From Clostridia bacterium (GTDB lineage Bacteria > Bacillota > Clostridia > TANB77 > CAG-508): a stretch of 64,000 bases of DNA. Below the pieces are notes generated by a model. That model was not told where the DNA came from and searched no databases. It worked only from the letters and a program-made list of their open reading frames with translations. How positions within the stretch are numbered: position 1 is the first letter of the stretch; each line of letters opens with the position of its first letter. The position numbers and the translations under genes were made by a program. Positions 1 to 9,507 of the stretch are shown here, piece by piece. The stretch lies in the NCBI GenBank assembly GCA_900753245.1, contig CAADYJ010000028.1, positions 854 through 64,853 on the forward strand, in the 5' to 3' direction.

Positions 1-14
1 AAGGAGGAATTACT

Positions 15-494
15 ATGGAAGAAAATAAGGCAGTATTATTAACTCAAGAAGGTTATGATAAATTAGAAAAAGAATTAGAATATTTAAGAACAGAAAAAAG
101 AGCAGAAGTAGCAGAACGTATAAAAGTAGCATTAGGTTTTGGAGATTTATCAGAAAATTCAGAATATGATGAAGCAAAAACTGCACAAGCAGAAAACGAA
201 GCTAAAATTGCAGATTTAGAAAATAAAATACGTTATGCTAAAATTATAGATGAATCTGAAATAGACACAAAAACAGTACAAGTTGGAAATGTAGTAAAAG
301 TATTGGATATGGAATTTGAAGAAGAAGAAACATATACAATAGTAGGATCTACAGAAGTTGATTTATCACAAAATAAAATTTCAAACGAATCTCCAATAGG
401 AGCAGCATTATTAGGTGCTAAGAAAAATCAAGTAGTTGAAGTGAATGCACCAGCAGGTATAATAAAATATAAAGTATTATCAATAACAAAATAA
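15..494 (+). CDS. greA: transcription elongation factor GreA
   Basis: 159-aa ORF with the GreA N-terminal coiled coil ([17 protein letters not shown]...) and C-terminal GreA/B domain. AGGAGG RBS lies upstream of the ATG. Confidence 0.93.
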   Translation: MEENKAVLLTQEGYDKLEKELEYLRTEKRAEVAERIKVALGFGDLSENSEYDEAKTAQAENEAKIADLENKIRYAKIIDESEIDTKTVQVGNVVKVLDMEFEEEETYTIVGSTEVDLSQNKISNESPIGAALLGAKKNQVVEVNAPAGIIKYKVLSITK

Positions 495-500
495 AAAATA

Positions 501-528
501 AATCCGTTAGGAATTTTCCTAACGGATT
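501..528. terminator. bidirectional hairpin between convergent greA and deoD
   Basis: AATCCGTTAGG / CCTAACGGATT 11-bp stem flanked by A/T runs. Confidence 0.7.
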
Positions 529-534
529 ATTATA

Positions 535-1254
535 TTAGCATTTTAACGCACTTTCTAGGCTAAGTTTAATCATATTATTAAGTCCAGTTTGTCTTTCTTC
601 AGGAGTAGCAACATTGTCAATGTATTTTGAGTCGACAACACTCATTAAACATGCAGCTTTTTTGTTTAAAATTTGTGCATTATAGAATAAAGCAAAAGCT
701 TCCATTTCTGCACCAAGAGGATTAAAACCTTCAGGTATTCTTTCTAGAAATTTATTTACATCAGTCATATATAAATCAAAACAATCTGTACAGACAGTAT
801 TGCCTTTATGAAGTGTAATATTAATATCATTTGCAGTAGATTCTATAACATTGTTTAGTTCTTTATTTGCTGAAACTAAATGACAATTATCATTATTTAA
901 AGTTAAAGCATAATTTCCTTCGGAAAAGCAATTTTCAGAAAGTATAATGTCAAATAAATTTAAATCTTTGCTATATCCTCCACAAGAGCCTATTCTAATA
1001 ATAGTATCAACATCGTATATTTTAAAAAGTTCATAACTATAAATGCCGATGCTTGGCATACCCATGCCATGAGCCATTACAGTTAGTATTTTTCCTTTAT
1101 AATGTCCGGTATATGCATACATTCCTCTTACCGAGTTTACTAATTTATAATCTTCTAAAAAATTTTCAGCTATATATTTTGCACGAAGTGGATCTCCAGG
1201 CATAATAACAACTTTTGCAATATCTTCTTTTTTAGCTTCGTTATGTGGTGTCAT
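535..1254 (-). CDS. deoD: purine nucleoside phosphorylase, DeoD type
   Basis: 239-aa ORF of the PNP/UDP phosphorylase family (VIMPGDPLRAKYIAE..., GMGMPSIGIYSYEL, EMEAFALF). Confidence 0.85.
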   Translation of the reverse strand: MTPHNEAKKEDIAKVVIMPGDPLRAKYIAENFLEDYKLVNSVRGMYAYTGHYKGKILTVMAHGMGMPSIGIYSYELFKIYDVDTIIRIGSCGGYSKDLNLFDIILSENCFSEGNYALTLNNDNCHLVSANKELNNVIESTANDINITLHKGNTVCTDCFDLYMTDVNKFLERIPEGFNPLGAEMEAFALFYNAQILNKKAACLMSVVDSKYIDNVATPEERQTGLNNMIKLSLESALKC

Positions 1255-1329
1255 ACAATGTCCTCCTTTATTTTTTTTATTAGTATACCAAATAAAGAAA
1301 AAAAATACTACAAATTTTTACAAAAAATA

Positions 1330-1358
1330 TTGCATAAAAAATTTTTTAATGATAATAT
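1330..1358 (+). promoter_or_regulatory. candidate sigma-A promoter for pyrG
   Basis: TTGCAT, 17-nt spacer, TAATAT, about 100 nt upstream of pyrG. Motif match only. Confidence 0.3.
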
Positions 1359-1459
1359 AAAGAAAATTAAAAATATAGTAAAAATAGATTAAAAAAAAAC
1401 CGCATTTGAAGTTGGCAATTTTTTTTAATCTTTTTTTATTTTTGTAGGAGGAATAGTAC

Positions 1460-3061
1460 ATGAAAACAAAGTATATTTTTGTAACAGGAGGAGTAGTATC
1501 TGGATTAGGAAAAGGAATTACAGCAGCATCATTAGGAAGACTATTAAAAAATAGAGGTTATAAAGTAGTTAATCAAAAATTTGACCCTTATATTAATGTG
1601 GATCCGGGGACAATGAGTCCATATGAACATGGAGAAGTATTTGTAACAGATGATGGAGCAGAAACAGACTTAGATTTAGGACATTATGAGAGATTTACAG
1701 ATGAAAATTTAAGTAAAAATTCTAGTATAACAATGGGAAAAATTTATCAGGAAGTATTAGATAGAGAAAGAAGAGGAGACTATTTAGGAAAAACAGTACA
1801 AGTTATTCCTCATATAACAAATGCAATAAAAGAAAAAATATATGCATTTGAAGATACAGATGTAGATGTTGTTATTACTGAATTAGGTGGAACTGTAGGA
1901 GATATAGAAGGATTATCTCTTATAGAAACAATTAGACAAGTAGGAATAGAAAATTCACCAGAGGATGTAGTATATATTCATGTGACACTTCTTCCTTATA
2001 TACATGGTTCAAATGAATTAAAATCCAAACCAACTCAACATTCTGTAAAAGAATTACAATCTTTTGGAATAAAACCAGATATATTAGTATGTCGTTCAGA
2101 AACAGAAATACCAGATAATATGAGAGAAAAAATGGCTTTGTTTTGCAATGTAAGAAAAGAAGATATTATTGCAAACAGAACAGCAGGATGTTTATACGAA
2201 GTGCCTTTAATGCTAGAAAATGAAGGATTAGCTGTTCAGGTATGTAGACATCTAAATTTAGAAAATAAAGAACCCAATAATAGAGAATGGGAGAAAATGA
2301 TAGAAAAAATTAATAATGTTACAGATAAAGTAGTTACTATAGCAATAGTTGGAAAATATGTAAGATTAGAAGATTCTTATTTATCAGTAGCAGAAAGTTT
2401 AAGGCATGCAGGATTTGAAAATGGTGTGAAAATAGATGTTAAATATATTGACTCAGAAGAAATTACAAATAAAAATGTAAAAGAAAAATTAAAAGGAATA
2501 GATGGAATAGTTGTTCCTGGAGGTTTTGGAAATAGAGGAATAGAGGGAAAAATAGAAACAATAAAATATGCAAGGGAAAACAAAGTACCATTTTTAGGAA
2601 TATGTTTAGGAATGCAAATGGCAGTTGTTGAGTTTGCAAGAAATGTATTAAAATTAGAAGATGTAAATTCAGAAGAATTTGAACCAGAGTGTAAAAACCC
2701 TGTTATTCATATTATGACAGATCAAAAGGTTGTTACAAGAAAAGGTGGAACAATGAGACTTGGAAGTTATCCTTGTAAAATAAAAGAAGGAACTCTTGCT
2801 AATAGAGTTTATAAAGAAATAAATATAAATGAAAGACATCGTCATCGTTTTGAATACAATAATGATTACAGAGAAAAAATGGAAAAAGCAGGACTTACTA
2901 TTTCTGGAACATCACCTGATGGAACACTAGTAGAAATGGTAGAAATAGAAAATCACCCATTTTTCATAGCATCACAATTTCATCCAGAATTTAAATCAAG
3001 ACCTGATAAACCAGCACCATTATTTGTAGCATTAGTAAAAGCAGCAAAAAACAAAAAATAA
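1460..3061 (+). CDS. pyrG: CTP synthase
   Basis: 533-aa ORF starting [20 protein letters not shown], with a C-terminal glutamine amidotransferase domain (GICLGMQ, HRHRFE). Confidence 0.97.
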   Translation: MKTKYIFVTGGVVSGLGKGITAASLGRLLKNRGYKVVNQKFDPYINVDPGTMSPYEHGEVFVTDDGAETDLDLGHYERFTDENLSKNSSITMGKIYQEVLDRERRGDYLGKTVQVIPHITNAIKEKIYAFEDTDVDVVITELGGTVGDIEGLSLIETIRQVGIENSPEDVVYIHVTLLPYIHGSNELKSKPTQHSVKELQSFGIKPDILVCRSETEIPDNMREKMALFCNVRKEDIIANRTAGCLYEVPLMLENEGLAVQVCRHLNLENKEPNNREWEKMIEKINNVTDKVVTIAIVGKYVRLEDSYLSVAESLRHAGFENGVKIDVKYIDSEEITNKNVKEKLKGIDGIVVPGGFGNRGIEGKIETIKYARENKVPFLGICLGMQMAVVEFARNVLKLEDVNSEEFEPECKNPVIHIMTDQKVVTRKGGTMRLGSYPCKIKEGTLANRVYKEININERHRHRFEYNNDYREKMEKAGLTISGTSPDGTLVEMVEIENHPFFIASQFHPEFKSRPDKPAPLFVALVKAAKNKK

Positions 3062-3117
3062 ATTTGTATAAAACCACTAAATTTGGAGAAAATAATTCCA
3101 AATGAGGTGGATTTTTT

Positions 3118-3808
3118 ATGAAAATGAAAATAAAGAAAAATATAAAACCAATTATAATATTATCAATATTATTTACAATATTTATTAGTTATAATATATT
3201 CTTTAGAAATCAACAAGTACAAGCACTTTCAAAATATGGCTCAAGACGGACAAGAAGTAATTACTATACAAACAAAGTTAAAAAGATGGGGATATTATAA
3301 TGGAAGTGTTGATGGTATTTATGGTAGTCAAACACTAGCAGCAGTTAAATATTTTCAAAGAAAAAATGGCTTAACAGTAGATGGAATAGCTGGAACAAAA
3401 ACTTTACAAGCAATGGGAATTTATAATTCATCAACTTCATCTAGTTCTTCAACAAATTCAAATAATTTAAATTTGTTAGCAAGGCTAGTGTATGGGGAAG
3501 CTAGAGGGGAACCATATACTGGACAAGTTGCGGTTGCAGCGGTTGTTTTAAATAGAGTAAAAAGTTCAAGTTTTCCTAATACAATATCAGGAGTAATATA
3601 TCAAAATGGAGCATTTGATGTTGTAAAAGATGGACAAATAAACATGAGTCCTAATAGTACTGCAATAAAAGCAGCACAAGATGCTTTAAATGGATGGGAT
3701 CCTTCATATGGAGCAATATATTATTTTAATCCAAATACTGCAACAAATAAATGGATATGGTCAAGACCAATGACTGTAACTATTGGAAACCATAGATTCT
3801 GCAAATAA
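3118..3808 (+). CDS. sleB: SleB-type spore cortex-lytic / cell wall hydrolase (signal anchor + PG_binding_1 + Hydrolase_2), interrupted by a +1 frame change at CGG 3247-3249
   Basis: ORF 3118-3300 encodes only a signal/TM peptide (MKMKIKKNIKPIIILSILFTIFISYNIFF...LSKYGSR). ORF 3236-3808 carries the PG-binding and SleB catalytic domains (LVYGEARGEPY..., VVLNRV). Reading AGA C|GGA CAA joins them as ...YGSR-G-QEVITIQ, giving 229 aa. Confidence 0.75.
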
Positions 3809-3818
3809 ATTTTAGACG

Positions 3819-3920
3819 AAACTAATAGGGACGGGCCGATTTAGTTTAGCTAAAAGTAAAATTAGTAAAAATAGTAAAAAATAAAAACGCTAAACTAAAT
3901 CGGCCCGTCCCTATTAGTTT
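3819..3920. repeat. perfect 32-bp inverted repeat with a 38-nt AT-rich loop
   Basis: AAACTAATAGGGACGGGCCGATTTAGTTTAGC (3819-3850) is the exact reverse complement of 3889-3920. The loop holds three phased AGTAAAA units. Confidence 0.85.
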
Positions 3921-4012
3921 TCTAAATTTAAGTCTGTTTCTAAGAAAAAATTCCTTGACAAAAAGCATATGTATTGATAAGATATTTTTGAAAATAATAG
4001 GAGGATTTTGCG

Positions 4013-4519
4013 ATGAAGTTGTACCCAAATGCCTATTTAAAAAATATAAAAGAAATAACAATAGATTTTTTAAATAAAAATAATATAAAAGCACTAATAT
4101 TAGATGTAGATAATACTTTAATAGATTTTGATAAAAATATGCTAGAAGGAACAGAAAAATGGTGTGAAAAACTAAAACAAGAAGGAATAAAATTTTTTAT
4201 AGTTTCAAATAGCAATAAAAAAGAAAAAGTAAAAATGGTGGCAGATAAACTAGAAATACCATATGTGTTTTTTGCAACAAAACCTTTAAAAAGAGGCTTT
4301 AATAAAGCAATAAAAATGTTAGATGAAAAAAATGAAAATATAGCAGCAGTAGGAGATCAAATATTTACAGATGTAATAGGAGCAAATAGATGTAAAATGT
4401 TTTCTATATTAGTAGAGCCTATAGCCAAAAAGGATTTATTAATTACAAAAATAAAGAGACCATTAGAAAACTATGTTATAAAAAGATACGAAAAATCATT
4501 AGAATCAAAAGAAAAGTAG
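4013..4519 (+). CDS. YqeG-family HAD-IIIA phosphatase
   Basis: 168-aa ORF with the HAD motif LILDVDNTL, then VSNS and GDQIFTDV. Confidence 0.8.
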   Translation: MKLYPNAYLKNIKEITIDFLNKNNIKALILDVDNTLIDFDKNMLEGTEKWCEKLKQEGIKFFIVSNSNKKEKVKMVADKLEIPYVFFATKPLKRGFNKAIKMLDEKNENIAAVGDQIFTDVIGANRCKMFSILVEPIAKKDLLITKIKRPLENYVIKRYEKSLESKEK

Positions 4520-4528
4520 GAGATAAAA

Positions 4529-5281
4529 ATGTACATAAATGATATACATATAATATATTATATTTTAGTAGGAATATTAGGATTAGGAGTTGGACAATTT
4601 GTAGATTGGTGTAATATAAGACTTCCAGAGTATAAAAAAGTATTTTCAAAAGAATTTTTTACAAATTATTTAAAATATTTAAAACCAAATTATCTTTTAG
4701 CATTTGGCACAGCAATTATATATGTTCTAATATTATATTTTGTAGGATGGGAAACGAACCTATTAAATCATTTGGATTTAATAAAGTATTTAATATTAAC
4801 GCCGATGCTATTGTCAGCTTTAATGATTGATTTAAAACTTCAAATTATTCCTAATAGATTAAATCTAACAATATTTGAAGTAGGTTTAGTATTTACGTTT
4901 TTACAAGGAATAAATAATGTATCTGTAGGAATAGATATGTTGCTAGGAGGCTTAGTAGGAGCAGGAATATTTTTACTTATTACATTAATAGGAGGTCTTA
5001 TTGCAGGAAAAGAGGCAATGGGATTTGGTGATGTAAAACTAATGGGAGCAATGGGATTATTCTTTGGATGGATGAATATAATAGCCGTTTCATTAATAGC
5101 TTTTTTAATAGGAGCAATAATAAGTATAGTCTTACTTGTAACAAAGAAAAAGAGCACAGATGAATACATACCATTTGGACCATTTATAGTAATAGCAGCA
5201 TTTATTGTTATGTTGGTTCCATTCGATATATTAGTATTTATTTTGATGAAAATATTTACGTTAGGAATGTATAAAGCATAG
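4529..5281 (+). CDS. prepilin peptidase (A24 family)
   Basis: 250-aa polytopic membrane ORF with the A24 motif GFGDVKLMGAMGLFFGW. Confidence 0.85.
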   Translation: MYINDIHIIYYILVGILGLGVGQFVDWCNIRLPEYKKVFSKEFFTNYLKYLKPNYLLAFGTAIIYVLILYFVGWETNLLNHLDLIKYLILTPMLLSALMIDLKLQIIPNRLNLTIFEVGLVFTFLQGINNVSVGIDMLLGGLVGAGIFLLITLIGGLIAGKEAMGFGDVKLMGAMGLFFGWMNIIAVSLIAFLIGAIISIVLLVTKKKSTDEYIPFGPFIVIAAFIVMLVPFDILVFILMKIFTLGMYKA

Positions 5282-5338
5282 TATAAAAAAGTTATAAAAG
5301 TAAAAAATAAGTTGTAGTAAAAGAAAAGGAGAAATCCT

Positions 5339-6412
5339 ATGAATGAAAAAATAAAATGGTTAAGAGAAAAAATGAAAATGTTAGATATGCAAGGTATGAT
5401 AATAACTAACCCAGTAAACATTAGATATCTAACAGGAATAGTAGCAGAAGGCGTATTATTAATTACGAGAAAAGAAAATATATATTTAACAGATGCAAGA
5501 TATACAGAAGTGGTAAATAGTACATTAACAATAGATGATGGGATTATAGTACATGAATTTAAAGATTTTAGTAAAGATGAGTATGAAAATTTCTTCTTAT
5601 TCTGTGAAAATGTAGGATTTGAAGAGGACTATGTTACTTATGCACAGTACAAAGATTATATGCAGTTATACAAAGTAAATAATTTACAAGAAACAGAAAA
5701 AGTTATTGAAAAACAAAGAATGATAAAAGACGAAGAAGAAATAGAAAAAATATCTAAAGCTTGTCAAATTACAGATAATTGTTTTAAACATTTATTACAA
5801 TTTATAAAAGTAGGTCAAACAGAAAAAGAAATAGCATTAGAGATAGAAAGATATTTTAAATTAAATGGTGCAGAAGATATATCTTTTGAAACTATAGTGG
5901 CATCAGGAAAAAATTCGTCTAAACCACATGCTGTACCAACAGATAAAAAAATAGACATAGGAGATCCAATAACAATAGATTTTGGATGTAAATATGAAGG
6001 ATATTGTTCAGATATGACAAGAACAATATTTGTAGGATATGTTCCAGAAGAAATAAAAGAAATATATGATTTAGTATTAAAAAATCAATTACAAACAGAA
6101 AAAGAATACAAAGAGGGAGCTAATATAAAAATAGTTTCAAGAATGGTAGAAAATGATTTTAAATTAAATGGATATGATTTCGTTCATAGCCTTGGACATG
6201 GAGTAGGTTTAGACATACATGAATATCCATTTATAAGTACTAGAAATGATAATTTATTAAAAGAAAAAATGGTAGTAACAAATGAACCAGGAATATATAT
6301 ACCAGGAAAATTTGGAGTTAGAATAGAAGATACAGTGTTAATTACAAAAACTGGCTGTATAAATTTAACAAAATCGGATAAAAATTATATAGTAATAGAA
6401 GCAAAAAAATAA
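5339..6412 (+). CDS. Xaa-Pro aminopeptidase/dipeptidase (M24B)
   Basis: 357-aa ORF with a creatinase-like N-domain and M24 metal ligands (DFGCKYEGYCSDMTRT, HGVGLDIHE, NEPGIY, EDT). It sits immediately upstream of efp, the arrangement I recall from other Firmicutes. Confidence 0.88.
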   Translation: MNEKIKWLREKMKMLDMQGMIITNPVNIRYLTGIVAEGVLLITRKENIYLTDARYTEVVNSTLTIDDGIIVHEFKDFSKDEYENFFLFCENVGFEEDYVTYAQYKDYMQLYKVNNLQETEKVIEKQRMIKDEEEIEKISKACQITDNCFKHLLQFIKVGQTEKEIALEIERYFKLNGAEDISFETIVASGKNSSKPHAVPTDKKIDIGDPITIDFGCKYEGYCSDMTRTIFVGYVPEEIKEIYDLVLKNQLQTEKEYKEGANIKIVSRMVENDFKLNGYDFVHSLGHGVGLDIHEYPFISTRNDNLLKEKMVVTNEPGIYIPGKFGVRIEDTVLITKTGCINLTKSDKNYIVIEAKK

Positions 6413-6546
6413 AAGCAAATTAAAATACCAAAAAATACTTGATTTTTAGCCAAAAATATAGTAAAATAACTAACATATGATTTAGAAAACGAAATAAAAA
6501 GTTTTAAATATTTAAAAAATTGAAATAAGTAAAAGGAGGAAATAAA

Positions 6547-7113
6547 ATGGCAGAAGTATATATGGCAGGAGATTTTAGAAATGGAACAACATTTGAAATG
6601 GATGGAAACGTATTTAAGGTAGTTGAATTTCAACACGTAAAACCAGGAAAGGGATCAGCATTCGTAAGAACAAAATTAAAAAATGTAATTAGTGGTGCTG
6701 TAATAGAAAAAACATTTAACCCATCAGAAAAATATCCAGGAGCAGAAATAGAAAAAAGAGAAATGCAATATTTATATGCAGATGGAGATTTATATTATTT
6801 TATGGATAACGAAACATATGAACAAATGCCTTTAAATAAAGAACAATTAGGAGATAGCTTAAAATACATTAAAGAAAATATGAATGTAAAAGTTCTTTCA
6901 TACAAAGGAAATGTATTTTCAGTTGAACCACCAATGTTTGTTGAATTAGAAGTTACATATACAGAACCAGGATTTAGTGGAAATACAACTACTACATCTG
7001 GAAAACCAGCAACATTAGAAAACGGATATGAAATTTCTGTACCATTATTTGTTAATATAGGAGATGTAATCCGTATAGATACAAGAACTGGTGAATATAT
7101 GGAAAGAGTTTAA
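6547..7113 (+). CDS. efp: elongation factor P
   Basis: 188-aa ORF ([13 protein letters not shown]..., [15 protein letters not shown]). GGAGG RBS lies 8 nt upstream. Confidence 0.96.
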   Translation: MAEVYMAGDFRNGTTFEMDGNVFKVVEFQHVKPGKGSAFVRTKLKNVISGAVIEKTFNPSEKYPGAEIEKREMQYLYADGDLYYFMDNETYEQMPLNKEQLGDSLKYIKENMNVKVLSYKGNVFSVEPPMFVELEVTYTEPGFSGNTTTTSGKPATLENGYEISVPLFVNIGDVIRIDTRTGEYMERV

Positions 7114-7134
7114 TAGAAAAGAGGAATTTATTGC

Positions 7135-7599
7135 ATGTCAGGAATAAAAGATGATTACAATAGAATAATGTCTGAAATAGAACAAAAAATTACAGATCCA
7201 GAACAATTGGAATTTATTCAAAAAAAAGTAGCAGAATTATCATCAATATTTATGGAAACAGTTGATAGCTTATCAAAATCTACAGATGAAAGAATAAAAT
7301 CAATTGAAGAAAAAATAGGAAAAGTAGAAAAAGCAGTAAATGAAATAGAAGCAGATATCTACGAAGATGAAGAAGAAAACTTTGATTTTGAAATTGTATG
7401 TCCATATTGTGATTATGAATTTGTAAGTTCAATAGAAGGAAAAGATGAGATTACTTGTCCAAATTGCAACAATGTTATAGAGTTAGATTGGAATGAAGAC
7501 GAAGAAGAAGGTTGTTGTTCAGGACACTGCCATAGTTGTCATGGATGTGAAGAAGATGAACTAGATGACGACGAAAATGACGAAGACGAAGATATGTAG
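7135..7599 (+). CDS. acidic zinc-ribbon protein of unknown function
   Basis: 154-aa ORF with an N-terminal coiled coil, CPYC...CPNC ribbon, CCSGHCHSCHGC cluster and a D/E tail. Function not recognisable. Confidence 0.6.
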   Translation: MSGIKDDYNRIMSEIEQKITDPEQLEFIQKKVAELSSIFMETVDSLSKSTDERIKSIEEKIGKVEKAVNEIEADIYEDEEENFDFEIVCPYCDYEFVSSIEGKDEITCPNCNNVIELDWNEDEEEGCCSGHCHSCHGCEEDELDDDENDEDEDM

Positions 7600-7612
7600 A
7601 TGGTAAAATAAA

Positions 7613-7647
7613 AAAGCTTTGAAAAGTGAAATTTTCAAAGCTTTTTT
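7613..7647. terminator. rho-independent terminator, usable from either strand
   Basis: AAAGCTTTGAAAA / TTTTCAAAGCTTT stem followed by a T-run. It abuts the 3' end of ssrA. Confidence 0.7.
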
Positions 7648-8001
7648 TGGTGGAGGTGAGGAGAGTCGAACTCCTGTCCAATATCTTTTCCACATGAACT
7701 TCTACGAGTGTAGTTTGTTATTAAATTTCCTACTATAATTCATTAACAAACAAACGAAAAATAATAGTAGCCATTAAAATACCCGCTATTTCTATGGCAA
7801 GAAATAGGTTTGTTTCCCACTAAGTCGACGCCTTATATAAAATGTGGGGATTTTATATAAAACGTTAGCGCACTAGGCAGCTAAAGCAAATTCTCTTTGA
7901 TCTGCGTTTATATTTATTTTCCCGTTTTTTTAAGTGGCAAACGAGAATCCACTACTCGCTATTCATATTTCTAAAACACTGTCGAAACCAATTACACCCC
8001 C
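7648..8001 (-). ncRNA. ssrA: tmRNA (SsrA)
   Basis: The minus strand starts GGGGGTGTAATTGGTTTCGACAG and ends GGACAGGAGTTCGACTCTCCTCACCTCCACCA (tRNA-Ala-like acceptor/T arm plus CCA). The internal tag frame reads ...GCA GAT CAA AGA GAA TTT GCT TTA GCT GCC TAG (ADQREFALAA*). Confidence 0.93.
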
Positions 8002-8019
8002 AAATATAAATACATTTAC

Positions 8020-8048
8020 ATTATACAATACAAATAAATTAATTTCAA
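8020..8048 (-). promoter_or_regulatory. candidate promoter for ssrA
   Basis: On the minus strand: TTGAAA, 17 nt, TGTATAAT (extended -10). It lies 18 nt upstream of the mature tmRNA 5' end. Confidence 0.45.
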
Positions 8049-8235
8049 TGGAAAAATAAGAAATTTTGGTTTACATATTGCCAAAACGTAAAATATGTTA
8101 TATAATGTCTTCGATTATTACATAAATGTTAACGTGTTACAATTTTGTTAAATGTATATTACAATTTGATTAATATTATTGACATATTAGCTAAAAAAGA
8201 TAAAATATAAATATGTATAAACAAAGGAGCAGTTT

Positions 8236-8787
8236 ATGAGAGTTATAGCAGGAACAGCAAAGGGAACAAAATTAAACTCAATTGATGACATATCAACAAG
8301 ACCAACGCTAGATAGAGTAAAAGAGCCTTTGTTTAGTATTATTCAAAACAATATTGTAGAATCAAATGTATTAGATTTATTTGCAGGAAGTGGAGCATTA
8401 GGAATTGAAAGTTTAAGTAGAGGAGCTAAACATTGTACTTTTTGTGATAAATCATATAAATCAATACAAATGCTAAAAGAAAATATTCAAAAAGTAAGAA
8501 TGCAAGAAAAGAGTACAATATTAAACATAGATTATAAAAAATGTTTAGACGAGCAAAAAGAAAAATTCGATATTATATTTATCGATCCACCATATAAAAT
8601 GGATATTGCTATAGATTCAGTAAAAAGAATAATAGAGTTGGAATTATTAGCAAAAGATGGAATAATTATAATAGAGACAGATGAAGAAGAAAGAGAAAGA
8701 AAAGAATTAGAAAAAATAGATTTAGAATTATATGATGTAAGAAAATATGGAAGAGTAAAACTTCTATTCTTACGCGAAAGGGGCTAA
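8236..8787 (+). CDS. rsmD: 16S rRNA (guanine966-N2)-methyltransferase RsmD
   Basis: 183-aa ORF with MRVIAGTAKG, RPTLDRVKE, DLFAGSGALGIE and DPPY motifs. Confidence 0.9.
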   Translation: MRVIAGTAKGTKLNSIDDISTRPTLDRVKEPLFSIIQNNIVESNVLDLFAGSGALGIESLSRGAKHCTFCDKSYKSIQMLKENIQKVRMQEKSTILNIDYKKCLDEQKEKFDIIFIDPPYKMDIAIDSVKRIIELELLAKDGIIIIETDEEERERKELEKIDLELYDVRKYGRVKLLFLRERG

Positions 8788-8790
8788 ATA

Positions 8791-9228
8791 ATGGAAATAT
8801 TTACATTACTAGAAACATTAGAGGAAATGTTAGAATCAGGAAAAACAATACCTTTTTCAAATAAAGGAATTGTAGATAAGGAAGAAATGCTAGAAATAAT
8901 AAAAGAAATACGTTTAAAATTACCAGAAGAATTAAAACAAGCTAAATGGGTAAAAGAAGAAAGACAACGTATTTTAGTTGAAGCACAAAAAGAAGCAGAA
9001 GATATTGTTAAAGAAGCAGAAAATAGAATTATTTCTATGATTGATGAACATGAAATAACAAGAAAAGCATATGAACAAAAAGCAGAAATAATAGAAACTG
9101 CAAATGAAATGTCAAGAGAAATTTCAAAAGGAACAAAAGATTATGCTGATAGCATTTTACAAAATATAGAAGTTACATTACAAAATGCCCTTGAAACAAT
9201 ACAAAACAATAGAAATGAATTAAAATAA
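8791..9228 (+). CDS. coiled-coil protein of unknown function
   Basis: 145-aa E/K-rich helical ORF, 3 nt downstream of rsmD. No catalytic motif recognised. Confidence 0.5.
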   Translation: MEIFTLLETLEEMLESGKTIPFSNKGIVDKEEMLEIIKEIRLKLPEELKQAKWVKEERQRILVEAQKEAEDIVKEAENRIISMIDEHEITRKAYEQKAEIIETANEMSREISKGTKDYADSILQNIEVTLQNALETIQNNRNELK

Positions 9229-9230
9229 GA

Positions 9231-9281
9231 GAAGAAATCCACAATTTATGCATAAACTGTGGATTTCTTTTCTTATTTTTT
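9231..9281 (+). terminator. rho-independent terminator
   Basis: AGAAATCCACA / TGTGGATTTCT stem followed by a T-rich run. Confidence 0.7.
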
Positions 9282-9300
9282 GCAATTTTGTGAATTTATC

Positions 9301-9333
9301 AAGGACATTTGGGGACGGGTCAATTTTGTCCTT
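9301..9333. repeat. short palindromic repeat, copy 1 (AAGGACATTTGGGGACGGGTCAATTTTGTCCTT)
   Basis: Matches 56309-56340 over the shared 32 nt with a single mismatch. Forms an AGGACA/TGTCCT hairpin with a GGGACGGG loop. Confidence 0.7.
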
Positions 9334-9507
9334 TACATAAATTAAATTTTCATTCAAAGTTATAATATAATGATGCAATAAAAGATGTTAGAATAGTAAA
9401 TAAAAAAGCAAATAAATTTGATATAAATTCTTGCAAATAAATGAGTGTAATGATAGAATTAAAATGTAAAATTGGTTAGAATATAGTACAAAGGAAGGTA
9501 ATAAAAA

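Noticed and set aside
3118-3300. Treating 3118-3300, 18215-18721 and 48846-49115 as independent small genes.
   Set aside because: Each is the missing N- or C-terminal part of the adjacent conserved protein in the +1 frame. None has its own convincing RBS or start context. They are better explained as halves of one gene.
4840-5421. 193-aa minus-strand ORF antisense to the prepilin peptidase gene. Similar antisense ORFs occur at 16092-16451, 16791-17390, 17679-18056, 38443-38823, 41104-41478, 47797-48402 and 51597-52016.
   Set aside because: They are shadow ORFs of AT-rich coding sequence. The proteins are low-complexity and rich in F/L/I/S, there is no RBS, and each lies fully inside a well-supported gene on the other strand.
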